Assembly (NCBI RefSeq): GCF_009834535.1
Contig: NC_045696.1
Coordinates: 36,458,001-36,522,000, forward strand
From: Camelus ferus
Taxonomy: Eukaryota
Length of the DNA stretch: 64,000 bases
Reading direction: 5' to 3'
Position 1 is the stretch's first letter, and the number at the start of each line of letters is the position of its first letter. A program made the position numbers and the translations under genes. Of the stretch, positions 38,766-51,643 are shown piece by piece. The notes beneath the pieces are model-generated. The model worked only from the letters and a program-made list of their open reading frames with translations, searched no databases and was not told the DNA's origin.

Positions 38766-39434
38766 CCTTCGGTTTTACCTCTGAACATGCCTGGAGATGA
38801 AGCAGATCAGTTGACTACAGCAAATGAAGTGGCTTGGAGAAACCAGAGCAGTGGTCTGGAGGGAGAGGTGACTGGTGGCAGTCAGAAATGAACTGTGGTG
38901 TGGACTAGAACTTGAGATTTTCGAATCAACAGCAACAACAAAAAATAACTCCAACAAATTAGGGTACAGGATGCAAGACAGGGTATCAGTTTGGGATATT
39001 ATCATTTGCACATTGAAGACAAGGGTGATGCAGAAAACTTGTAGTTACTTGTTCACTAGTTTACCTTCCTTTTCCTCCTTGCCTTCCCCAGCTCAATTAG
39101 GAGACTTGAGAAAATGTCTGTCATTTCTTTTGTTCCAGTGTCCTAATGGCTAACATTCATGGATGTAGTATGTGTTTAAAATTGTTTTCTCTAAGAACAA
39201 ACACATAAAATCTCCTGAGTCAAAGCTTTTGTCTAACTTGTGGATATCTTTAGGTATCAAAGGGTTTGGGGAAATTTAGAGAAAAACATATTGTGAATTT
39301 GAGACTTTGAAAAATGTGGCAAAAATTTGAATGTCTCAAGCTTCTGAAAAGGATGGACATGTACTGGAGGCCTTGAATATGCATAGGAGCTTTTCAGGCC
39401 GTATGCTTTTCCTGTAAGAGAATCTTTCTACAAC

Positions 39435-39685
39435 CACAGTAGCTCACATTTACTGAGCATTACCCCGTGGAAGTCACTGTACTGAATATTTTTTCTGGGT
39501 TAACATATCTGATCCTCCCGACATCACAGCCTGGGTTTTGTTCTATTATTATTATCATTTTGTAATGAGAAGACTGAGGCCTGGGAAGCTACGTAGCCTG
39601 TCAATTATTACACAGTGACCATGCTTCAGAGCTGAGATCCCACCATAGAGGTCACACTCTCAAACACCACACTGTGCTACCTCCT
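39435..39685 (-). mobile_element. MIR relic
   Basis: AGCTCACATTTACTGAGCATTAC, ATTTTGTAATGAGAAGACTGAGGC. Confidence 0.65.
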
Positions 39686-40980
39686 TGCACACCCCGGTGT
39701 GAACCATGATGGGTGACACTTGTGTTATCAGTCACAGAACAGAAGAAGTCACAGATACTTCAGGGAGAGTCAAAGGAGGTAGATTCTCCCATCCCTTTCC
39801 CTGGAAATCAGTTCTGTAATTAGCATAGGTTAAACCAAGCTGACTTGGTTTCCCAAAACTTGATTAGGAGGAGCCAGAATATAAACTGATGCTACATTTA
39901 AGTAAAATAGAATTTATATTGCCTTTGATAGAGTCCAGAAATTGATGGAATGCAGTAATCAACACTTTAGTTACAGACATTAAAAACTTGTACTCTTTTT
40001 CTTTGGAGTAGAAGGAGTGAGAGGAAAGAAGGCATAGGAAATGATGTTCAGCAGCCTCTGATTTGAAATAGGTAACTGGCTTATGCTTCCTCTGGGGTTG
40101 CTCCAAGGAGAGGTGACTCCATCTCATTGCAGCAGGTCATCTCAAATGGCTGCCATGCATGTTCTGCGGGGTGGGGTGGGGTGGTGGTCTGCACTCGGGC
40201 TTTCATGTGTATTTTTAGAGTGATGGAGGTTGTATTTATTTCTATTTTTATATTTACTTATTTTAAGGAAATAGATGGTGCATGCTATACTTCATTCTAG
40301 AATTTATGGATTTTGGCTGATACCTCAGTTCAGGGTTATCTCCTAGACATAAGCCTTGAGATCATGAAGCATGGTGTAGTATTACAAGGCAGCAATTACC
40401 TGCTCAACCGTTTGCAGTTGTTTTCTCGGGAGGTGGCCTCTTTGTCTTTCAAGGAAATGACAAAACGTCAGTGAGGTTTCAGTTCAGGGGCTTGGAGGAA
40501 ACTTGTAGTTGCACACTCACTAACTGACAGGGATATTTTAAGCTGAGATTCAAATCAGAGTTTCCCCTGAGATAGATTCTGATGCTTTGTTTAACAAAGC
40601 AAACTATGAGTCCAAATTATTCATTACCATATTCATAAGTAGTCTATTTAGTAAGATGGTGTGGAGATAATAATAAAAACAAATATTGAATAAAGCTCTT
40701 TCCATGTCAACCTTTCCAGCACATACAATATGTTGACTCATTGTTAGCTTGAAATCAGCGGTTTAAAATTAATGAGCATATACTTTTGATTGCTAGGTGA
40801 GAAACCTAGGAAACTGGAAGTATGTAGCCAGCCTTCCCATGAAAGCTTGTCCTGTAGAAAAAATGCTGGATTATGAAAACACTGATTTAAAATCCATTTT
40901 AAATGAACTTCAGCATCTAAAATGTTTTGTATGTGGTTCTCTTACTTAAATGTAGTAATAGTTTGTACTGAACAAAAGTA

Positions 40981-41471
40981 CGTTACTGAGCAAAGGGCTG
41001 GCTGCCTGACATGCATAGAAGCCAAAACTATGGCACCAACTTTTGAGAAAAGAAAGACCTTTATTGTGAGGTGGATCCACAGGAGACAAAAGGGGTTTAG
41101 TCAAACTTTCACCAATTAGGGGAGGACCAGTTGGTATGTGGAGGTACTGGTGGGGCAGGTTTCAACTGGAGGGCTTTGAAACTTGGCCATTTATGGTAAG
41201 GTGTGGCAAAAGGACTTCAGCATTCCTCTTCTTGGACAACAGACCCTTTGTTTCTGAAAGGGTTCCAGTATTCAGGTTCCTGTCATGTCCCAATCTTTTG
41301 GTTCCATGATAGGAGAGAAACTTTGGTTCTGAGTGTTGTTTGAGGTCAAATTTTCTTCTCTGTGCATGCGTTGGCTGTATGACTTGCAGTTTTGTTCTGT
41401 TCTCTGAAAAACAACTCAGTATCTGGCTAGAAACAGAACAAGGCCAGTTTTGGACTGGTTCTGTGGCTACC
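40981..41471 (-). mobile_element. ERV1-type solo LTR
   Basis: Near-canonical termini (CGTTACTGAG...GGCTACC), TSD-like AGTA/GGTA, AGAAAAGAAAGACCTTTATTG (minus-strand AATAAA). Confidence 0.7.
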
Positions 41472-42524
41472 GGTACCAACAATATTTGCCAGCATTAATT
41501 TTTCTTATCCTTTCTCATTTCTTTCCATTCTCTATTTTTTGTATTTCTCATATCTCATGATATTGCAACTAGAATCTGAAGACAAGTTGCAAGTAATAAT
41601 CTGGCTGGCCCTTGTCTTTATATTCTCTTGATTTTATATTCTCCTTTATGCTTCAGATTCTTTGAGAAATTTCTGTGCATAAACTACTGCGATTTATAGC
41701 TATCTGAGAAGAAATATAAACCTGTTTCATTTTTGCATCCTGTTTATTAACAGTGTTTTAACAAGGTAGTAAAATTCTAGATCCTGACATGTTCACACAG
41801 TGGAAGGCCATTTGCTTGCCTTGTAATTGTCTCAGGAACAGCAGGAACTTGCTTCTCCATGGCGGGGGAACTCATAGAAACATTTAATTCACTCTTTCTT
41901 TGTGGTCTTCATTTTATAAAATTGAAAGGAAGTGATGCTGCAGTCATAAGAGCATACTACTAGGAAGAAAAGTGAATCATGGCTTTTGTTCCCAAAGGCA
42001 TGAAGCAGAAAGGGGTTCATCAGGCCCCTTGCTGAAAGGAGGTTAAGGGATTCCCACTGGAACAAAAAAGTCTGGAAGGTAAATTAGGATCTGTTAGGGA
42101 AAGAAAGTATTCTCTTAGTTCTTCAGGGAGAGTACAATTGTACCTAAGTACAAGAAAACTATTCTTCTTTGATCATAAAATGAGGAAGAAGTGGGTTTAC
42201 TGTGCAGCTAATGATGTTTGTGGGAGGGACATTAGCTATACATTTTCATGGACAGATGCCTTTTTATTCTTATTCTTAGAAGTGTTTCTCTAAATTGTAG
42301 AAGCCACACAAAACCTGGACCCACCCCTAGAAACAGTGTTTGAGTTACCAGTATTCTTTAAAAAAAATCTCAGTGTTGAACAGGTTGGGATGAAAAGGCC
42401 AGAGGAACTGGCCAGTTAGAAAGTATTAAATACACTCAGAGTACAACATTTACACAATTTCAAAGTTATTATTTCATGAACAGTCATTTTATCTGTAAAT
42501 GGATTATTTAAAAACATATATTCC

Positions 42525-42991
42525 TTCTACTAAACCTATTGTAAGTTGAAAATATTTTAAGTCAAAAATGCATTTGATAACACCTCAACTACCAAACATA
42601 GCTTGGCCTCACCCACCTTCAGTGTGCTCAGAATACTTACATTAGTCTACAGTTGCGCAAAATCATCTAACACAAAGCCTATTTTATAATAAAGTGTTGA
42701 ATATCTCATGTCATTATTGAATACTGTACTGAAAGTGAAAAACATAGTGGTCGTATGGGTACAGAATGGCTGTGAACATACGGACTGCCTACTCTTGTGG
42801 TCAAGTGGCTGACTGGGTGCTGTGGCTAGCTGCTGCCGCCCAGCATCACTAGAGAGTGTTGTACTGCGTATCGCCAGCCAAGGGAACAGGTCGAAGTTCA
42901 AAATTTGGTGTATTTTCTGAATGCATGTCCCTTTCACACCATTGTAAAGTTGAGAAATCAAAGTTCGAATCATCTTAACTCGGGGACCCTG
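42525..42991 (+). mobile_element. TcMar-Tigger element (MER47/Tigger5-like)
   Basis: TAAACCTATTGTAAGTTGAAAATA, GCAAAATCATCTAACACAAAGCCTATTTTATAATAAAGTGTTGAATATC, ends TCGGGGACCCTG followed by TA. Confidence 0.8.
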
Positions 42992-43254
42992 TATATATTG
43001 AAAAAGCTTTCTCCTGAAGTAATTAAAATACTCTTTTTTAATATTATGGGTTTGATTAGTCAGTCCTTTTTTTTAAAAGAGTTGTTGAGGGAAAGTTTTG
43101 TTCTAAGTGCCAAGAATCTGAACCCCAGGAGCCTGTGTTTAACACTGTTCTAACATACTTTAAAAAGGTACCTCCATTTTACTTTTTTCCTCTCATTATT
43201 TATTTAATTTTTATTATTATCCACCATCATTATGGCTTTGCTTTTGCAGTAGTA

Positions 43255-46200
43255 ATTTTTTTATTGTGGTAAAATACATATAATATAAAATTATCTTATC
43301 CATTTTTAAGGGTTCAGTTTGGCATCATTAAATACATTCATATTGCTGTGCAGCTGTCACCACCATCCACTGCCGGTTGTAATGTCTTCTGTTTCACTTT
43401 TGATTTCATATATTTGAGTTTTTTCTCTTTTTTTCTGAATTGGTCTAGCTATACCTTTGTCAATTTTGTTTCGAAAAAAACAACCTGTAGTTCCATTGAC
43501 TTTTCTAATGGCTATCTAGTTTCTATTTCATTTATTTCTGCTCTGATCTTTGTTATATTCTTCCTTCTACTAACTTTGGGCTTAGTTTGTTCTTATTTTT
43601 CTAGTTCTTATTTTCTAGGTGTAAACTTAGGTTGTTATTTGAGATCTTTATTTTTTCTTATAGGTGTTTATTGCTATAAACTTCACTCTTGGAACTGCTT
43701 TTGCTTCATCCCATAAGTTTTGGTATGGTGTTCTTACATTTTTGTTTGTCTCAAGATATTTTTTAATTTCTTATTTGATTTCTTTGACTCATTGGTTGTT
43801 CAGAGGTGTGTTTTTTAATCTCCACATATTTAAAATTTTCAAATTTTCCTCCCTTTATATTAATTTCTAGTTTCATACCATTGTGATCGCAAACAGCTTG
43901 ACATGATTTCACTCTTTAAATTTATTGACTTGTTTTGTGGCCTAACACTTGATCTATCCTTTTGAATCTTTGTGCATGCTTGAGAAAAATGTATATTCTG
44001 TCATTATTACATGGAATTTTCTGTATATGTCTGTTATATCCATTTGATCTACAGTGTAGTTCAAATCCAGTGTTTCCTTATTGAATTTTTGTCTGGATGA
44101 TCTATCTGTTGTTGAAAGGGGATATTGAAGTCCTCTGCTACAAATGTATTGCTGTTTATTTCTCCCTTCATATCTGTTAATATTTGCTGTTATACTTAAG
44201 TGCTTCAATGTTAGGTACATAAATATTTACAATTGTCATATCTTCTTGAAGAATTGCCCCTTTTATCATTATATAATGATCTTCTTTGTCTCTTGCTACA
44301 ATTTTGATTTAAAGTCTACTTTTTCTGATTTAAATATAGCTGCCTTACTCTCTTTTGGTTTTTATTTTCATAAAATATTTACTTTTCATACTTTTGTTTT
44401 TAGTCTATGTGTAAAATGCATCTCTTGAAGGCAGTATATAGTAGGTTATTTTCTTTTTTTTTTTTTTTAAATCCATTCAGCCACTCTATATTTTGGATTG
44501 GAGAATTTAGGCTATTTATATTTAAAGTGAATATTGATAGGTGGGGGCTAACTATTGCCATTTATTTAATTGTTTCCTGGATGTTTTGTAGGTCCTTTGT
44601 TCCTTGCTTACTCTATTGCTGTCTCCCTTTATGCTTTGATGATTTTCTGCTGTGATTTCTTTCTCTTTATCTTTTGTGTATTTACTATAAATTTTGGCTT
44701 TGTAGTTATCATGAGGCTTAAGTAAACATTTTATAGTTATAAAAGTCTATTTTAAGCTGATAACAACTTAACTTCAAATGCATACAAAAGCTGTACATTT
44801 TTACACTCCCCTATTTTGTGTTTTTGATGTTGTAATTTATATCTTTTTGTATTATGTATCCACTAACAAGTTATTGTAGCTATAGGTATTTTTTAATACT
44901 TTTGCCTTTAACCTTTATACTAGAGGTAAAAGTGATTTACATACTACCATTACAATATTATTCTGAATTTGATTATATATCTACCTTTACCAGTGAGTCT
45001 TATACTTTTATATTACTAATTAGCACCCTTTGTTTCAGCTTGAAGAACTCCCTTTAGCATTTCTTATAAGGCAAGTCTACTGGTGATGAACTCCTTCAGC
45101 CTTTTTTTTTTGCCAGGGGGTGTCTAGAAAAATCTTTCTCTCTCCTTCAAATCTGAAGACAACATTGCTGGGCAAAGTATTCGTGGTTGGATGTTTTTTA
45201 TCTCAGCCCCTTAAATATACCTTGCCACTCTGTTCTGGCCTGCTGGGTTTCTGCTCATTGGTTCCCTTGCAGGCAACAAAGTGCCTTTTTCTTGTTGCTT
45301 TCAAAACTCTGTTTTTTTCTTTAAATTTAGACAACTTGATTACAATGTATCCTAGGGTGGGTCTCTGTGGATTCATCTTATTGAAATTTTTTTGTTGTTG
45401 TTGTTTCCTGGATTTGTATGTTTACTTCTTTCTCCAGATTTGGAAGTTTTCAGTCATTATTTCTCTGAATAAGCTTTTTGCCACTTTCTCTCTCCATCCT
45501 CTTTCTGGGACTTCTATATTGCATATACTTCTTCCATTGATAGTGTGCCATAAGTCCCTTGTGCTTTCTTTACTCTATTTCATTCTTTTTTCTTTTTGCT
45601 TCTCTGATTGGGTGGTTTTCACTGACCTGTCTTCAAGTTTGCTGATCCTTTCTTCTGTTTGCTCTAGTCTATTGTTTGAATCCTTCTATTGAATATTTCA
45701 GTTCCATTATTTTAGTCACCAGCTTTATGACTTTGGTTTCGTTCTCATTTATATTTTCTATTTCTTTGTTAAAATTCTCACTTTGTTCATCCATTGCTTT
45801 CCTGATTTCAGTAAACATCTTTATGACTCATTTTGAATCCTCTCTCTTGGATAAATCACTTGTCTCCTTTTCATTAAAGTCAGTTGCTAGAGATTTATCT
45901 TGTTCTTTTGTTTGGAACATAGTCTCCTATTTCTTCATTTTCTTGACTCTCTGTTGGTTTCTTTGCATTACATGAAATAACTACCTCTTCCAGTGTTGAA
46001 AGACCAGCTTCACGTGAAAAATAAAGCTTGTCAATTGGCCTGGACTGAGAAACTGGGTGCTTCTTACACCTTTGTGTTTGTTCAAATTGCTATCTTTGTT
46101 CTTAGTGGCCCTAGGAGATTTGTGTGTGCCAAGTCCTGTCACTGCACAGAAGGTGGAGAAAATGCCTACAATCCCGTTCAGACTCGCAGAGGACTACTAA

Positions 46201-47205
46201 TTGCCTGCCCTGTCAGATCCCAAATGCATGTTAATTGGAAGCTAAACTTTTAGGCAGCAGCTGGGAAAGTCAGAATGTTAGATATGCAGTCTAGCCTCTA
46301 TCAGGGAGAAACTAGGAACCAGGTTTTTTTGTTTACTTGTTTTGTGTTAAGCCTGTAGTAATAGCGACTGGGACTGATTGTGTAACAACATAAAACTTCA
46401 TCTTTGTTCCCTTTGGTCCTGGGGGACTTGTAAATGCCAAGTCCTGTTAGTTCCCAGAATTAGGTGATCTAGGAGCTAGCAGGTAGCAGTTGTAGAAGTT
46501 GGGGCAATAGATGTATGAGCTAGATTCTTCTAGGTAAAGCTGGAGACATGGTTTTATCTTTGGATTAAGCCTAGGGAAGAAGGTGTGGGAAATGCCCACA
46601 GACACTTTCAGGCTCCAAGAGAAGCCCAGTGAGCTCCCAGATGCAGGCTGATTAGAAGCACAACCCTTAGGAAGCAGCTGGAAAATACGTAGTCAAATCC
46701 CTTCCTAGGAGGAACTGGGAGCTGGGTATTTTTGCCTGCTCCCTCTGTTCTGAGCCTGTGGGAGTAGCTGTGAGAGGTGCTCATGAGCCCATTTAAAAAC
46801 CCACTGTTTTTTTCTGTGCTACTGGGGAACTTACAAATGCTGAGCCCTGTTGGCTCTCAGAGCTGGGTGAGTTCCAAGCCAGTCCTCAGGTGGCAGTCAT
46901 AAAAGTTGAGGCACTAGTTCTGTGTTCCAAACCCTTTACTTCTCAGGGAGAAGCTGGGCATCGGAAATTCCCCACTGATTGTAAGGTACTGTGCAGGTGG
47001 TGGGATTTATGGTGTGAGCATGTCTCCACTTGTCCTACACACTTCAATGTGGGTTATTTTCTCAGCTGCCTGATGTGTAGGAGTCAGTCAACTAGTTTCT
47101 GCATTTATTTCAGAGGGAATTAATCCTTATTTAGCTGTTTATTTGGTGTATTCCATGGGAGGAGGGAGAGACAAGAGCCTGATATTCCATTCTCTTGCTA
47201 ATGTC
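43255..47205 (-). mobile_element. Old L1M element: 5'UTR, decayed ORF1, ORF2 endonuclease region, then abrupt jump to the last ~120 bp of an L1 3' end
   Basis: 5' end-like ATTCCATTCTCTTGCTAATGTC ~47185; ORF1 relic ~45050-45960; ORF2 ATG at 44561 (MAIVSPHLSIFTLNINSLNSPI); EN relic DRSSRQKFNKE, EYTFFSS; junction at ~43373 to L1MA/MB-type 3' end. Confidence 0.85.
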
Positions 47206-48711
47206 TTCCTCTTGGAACTTTTAATACAAGAAAATTTCAGTCTTTACATCTTGACACATTTTTCTTTTACTGTGTTTGCTTTGTAGGCACCTTCTTTCTA
47301 TCTTATCTCTTGGTCTCTTTATACATTTATATATGTACATATACATGAAATTATTGTATATGTTGCAATTGCTTTTTTCCCTTTTCCATCTTCTTTTTAA
47401 ATTAATTTGAATTTCCCATTTTATGAGTATAAGTTTCAAATATTTATGACAACCAGATCCATCAGTCTATTTTTAAAGATCTCCTTATGGTTATAAACAT
47501 TTAAAAAATCTCTTCATTTATCCAAAAACAGATAAATATTTTTCCATATAAAAATATAATACTTTTTGGTTTTTACTTTAATCTTTTACATTAAGACTTT
47601 TTATTCATCTGTAATTAAATTTTTACAAGCTATCAATTTTCAACTCTATGCATTGCTTATCTTAAATAAGAAAAATATTTGAACGTTATATTCATAAAAT
47701 AAACAGATTTAATAAGAATTTCTTTCGGTATCAAACTCTTTAACAGTGTATCTAACGTATAATTTATCAAAGTCCAAGTTGTGCAGGACTGTTCAGAATT
47801 GCACCTATTTCACAATTCCAGGTTTCTAGTTCCACCTTTTGTTCTTATCTTTACTTCTTGACACTGGCACTATTCCTTCAATAAAATAGGCCTATTTCAT
47901 ATATTTAAAAAGGAATTTTGCCTTTATAAGTTTCAGCAAGAAGGTGGAAATGAAAGACAATTGAGGGTGAAAAGTGGGAGAATGAAATATAACCATAAAA
48001 AGCTCATTAACCCAAGGAAGAGGTAGGAATCAGCCAGGCAGTTGACCACATTACCAGCATCTGTCAGTCCTTGGTACCCATGAAAAAATATTGTCACATA
48101 CACTTTCTTGCTAAGAGCAAAAGTTTTGCTTTTTAAAAGCAATTCTATTAATTCTGTATAAATAAATAAGAGCAAATTGTCTTGCTGATGATTATCATCA
48201 AGAAGCATCTTTTTGCTGTTGAAAGAGCTTGTCTAGATCATTGTGTTTTTTTGCTCCCTATAGCTGGTATAAAAAGTTAGGCACATTAAATATGCATTGT
48301 GTTTGGGAAGTTACAAAAAATGCTTGTCTTTACAGCATTTTCTTTCAATTCTCCTGATTGTTCAGCATAATTAAAATTAAGCCCTCAAACACAAACAGCT
48401 TGTCATACACTTCTGGAAATTTCTCCTGACTCAGGCCTTCAGTGTCAAGAAAACATTATAAACACTAAAGGTGCTCTCCTCTTAAGGGAGGATGTGCTCC
48501 AGGAAAGTTAAGCTTAAAGAATCTTTAAATAAATTGAGTTATGCTATTCCCCTTGACTTTGTGTTTCCATCAATAAAATATGGACCCGTAAGAAATAGTA
48601 ATGAGAAGGATGATAATGATGATGAAAATGCTGATAATTATAATAATGTTATACCATCATATTTGAGGAGCTCTGACATAATAATATCATATACTGATTA
48701 CCAATTATCAA

Positions 48712-49293
48712 GTATTCTGGTTATTATGCTGTGTAATAAGTAACCCTAATACTTAGTAGTGTAGAACAGTGATTTATTTTAGCTCATAGATTAAAAACAT
48801 TTGGAAAGGGCACAGTGGAGATGACTTGTCTCTGCTCTGGGATGTCTGAAGTCTCACCTGGAAGACTCTAAGCTGAGAGATAATATGATCTAAAGGGTCC
48901 TTCACTCATTGTGTCTGCTGGCTAATGATGGCGGTTAACTGGGACCTTAGCTGGAACTTTCAGCTGGAATGTCTACACAGGGACTTTCCACATATCCTGG
49001 GCTTCCTTACAACATGGTGGTTGGGTTCAAAGGGTAAGAGTTTCAAGAGAGAGTAAGAGCCAGGCAGAAGCTATATCAGCTTTTATGGTCTAGCTTCAGA
49101 AGTCAAGCAGTGCCACTGCCACTACCTTCTTTGTGTTAAGATGGCTACAACGATCCACCCAGTTTCAAAGGGAAGTAAAATAGACCCCCTCTAGATAAAG
49201 GAGTGCCAATATCATACTATGAGAAGACAGTGTGGGATTGATCAAATAGCATATATACATGCCAGCCATCTTTAGAAAATATAATATTCTATA
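48712..49293 (-). mobile_element. MLT1H-like MaLR LTR, apparently within a MIR relic
   Basis: Similar to 24804-25370: GACCTTAGCTGG, CTGGGCTTCCTTACAACATGG, GAGCCAGGCAGAAGCT, CAGAAGTCA, GCCATCTTTAGAAAATATAAT. Confidence 0.8.
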
Positions 49294-51269
49294 ATAAGAA
49301 AGTATCTTTTGTTAAATACTTTACATGCAAGATTTTACTTAAACTTTACAACTGTGACATTGATCTCATCTTTCATTCACACATGAGAAACCTGTAAGAT
49401 CAGAGAGGTTAAATAATTTAGGCAAAATCTAGTAGGTAAATAGAAAGGCCATACTTTGAATTCAGGATATTCTACTTCAAAGACAGTGTGCCCACTTAAT
49501 ACATCGAAAGTGATGATTTACTGAGAATATGTTTTTAAAAATAATTATCAAAAAAGGACTTGTGTTAAGGGGTTTAGGTGTTAAGGAATCAAGATATAAT
49601 TGAAAAACTTTGGGTGATAGTTCATAGGAAAGATACACTGGAAAATAAGAAAAAACAGGAACCAGTCTCTGTAGTTTTAGGGCTGGAGATTCATAGATAA
49701 ATAGATTGTCTTTGATTCCACAAAGCAGCTCTAGAAAACTGTCTTGTTTTTGACTAGTCACTTTATGTCCTTAATATCTGTTGTGAGTTTGCTTCCGTGT
49801 TCTTACCAACAACAGCTGACTTTTGAGGTGTGGGTTACTCTACTGTCTGAATTCCTGCCTGTGCCTCCCACATAGACTGAGAGGTCTGATTTAATCTGCT
49901 AGTCAAAACCTGCGCCTTTATTGGCCAGCCTCTAGAGGTCAGCACCCACTCCTAGTTCAGTGAATTCAGAGCTGCAGATAGTATAACGGGGGAAAAAAAA
50001 AAAAAAAGAAGAAATCCTAGTCCAGAGTTTCAGATCACATGACCAAATCAACATCAACATTAATTCCAAAGGTCCAGCTCTTAGTTACTTTGCTCACATA
50101 ACAACTTTTGGTCGGGCTTAGGAGTCAAAGCATCATGAATTGTGTAATTCAAAAACTTTAAATACAGGAACTTAAACTGTTCCAGAGCAGTCTAACCTCC
50201 AAAGAGGCAAAGGAGTCATCAGATGATGTGTTTTCTGGACATAGCAATTTTTGGACATTTTTGCCATGAAGTTCTAGGCACTAGTCTTCTTAACTGAAGT
50301 GGTTTATAGTAGCTGCTTTCGACAGGCTTTACTCATTTTTTTCTGGGCACCATTAATAAGGACTTAAACCAGGACTTGTCCCAGTTGGCACTATAGTTAC
50401 CAAGATTCCCTGCTAAAGGTCCTGAAAAATGCACTGACAAAATTACCTGTTTGATGGTACCGGAAGGAACCACTGTTGCAACTAGCAGCTGGCCTGTCAG
50501 GTTTAGGGAGGTTGTTGTTCTCTGATATCCTAGTGTAAGTGGCTTTAATTAGCGTGGAAAATAGAAGAAACATGGGTCTTTTAAGATTTTATTATTAGAA
50601 GGCATGACCAGCTTTCTATCAGGAAAGCTAGTAAGTTAAAATATTCAGAAATTTTGGGAAGTGGATAAGGCAGACATCAAAACTTTAAATTCTGTTTCAT
50701 TCCTGAGGCTCTCTGTGGGGTGCATAATCCTGGAAAGAGTTAATAAAATTTTAACTAATGGAAGATACGTAAACTTCAGCCAAATAAACTCGGGAGCTGT
50801 AAATATTGAGAATGGGTTCGTTAACAGTAAATTGATTCTGCTGTTATTTTCAAATGATTAGGCCTGGAACCTACCTTCTTATGACTGTATCTTTAAAAAT
50901 TACCAGAGGAAAATAGAATAAAATCAATATTCTATTCACTTGTCACAAATAACTACTTCCTTTAGTTACTAACACCATTTATTTCAAAGAGGTGAGCAGA
51001 CGTCCCTGAAAGCTCCCATTTGCCAGTGACAGAAGACAGCCATAAAGCCGACTTTTCTATTTGTAGTTAGATTTCAAAATGCTGAAACAGACTATAATAA
51101 AATGTGCTTTGTTCCTGGAAACCTGTGCAGCTCGTGTGACTTTTTATACTCTACATTTTTTTCTTTTCTCTTTAAGGATTTTTTATTTTCCAAACTTAAT
51201 TCTCAAGTAGCTTATATCGAACAGATCTCTGTAAATTACACCACCCTCTAGCTTGTTAGTGAGTTCAGA

Positions 51270-51615
51270 AGACTGAGATTCATACTTGACATTTTCTTTC
51301 TCATTCTCCACATTATATTTACCACTAAATCCTCTTGGTTTTACCTCTAAAATGTGTTTCAGGTCACATCCTTATATCCATCTCTGCTGCTACCTTTCTA
51401 ATACAAGTGAACGTAATCTCTTGCCTGAACCACTACAATAACATCCAAATTCATCCTCTTGCTTTCCTTTTGACCCTCTTCAACCCACTTTCTATATAAC
51501 AGCCAAAGAATATCAATTAAATCCCATGCTACTTTTAAGCTTAAAATTTTTAAGTGGCTTTGCATTGTGCTTAAAGTGAAATCCAAACTCCTAATTTTCA
51601 GCTACAAGATCCCTG
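51270..51615 (+). mobile_element. L2 fragment
   Basis: CCACTAAATCCTCTTGGTTTTACCTCTAAAAT, CTCTTGCCTGAACCACTACAATA, CTTAAAGTGAAATCCAAACTCCT. Confidence 0.7.
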
Positions 51616-51643
51616 TTGAAATATCTTCCCCATTAAGGTTAAG

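Noticed and set aside
45120..45975. 190-aa and 99-aa + strand ORFs
   Set aside because: Antisense to the decayed ORF1 of the old L1
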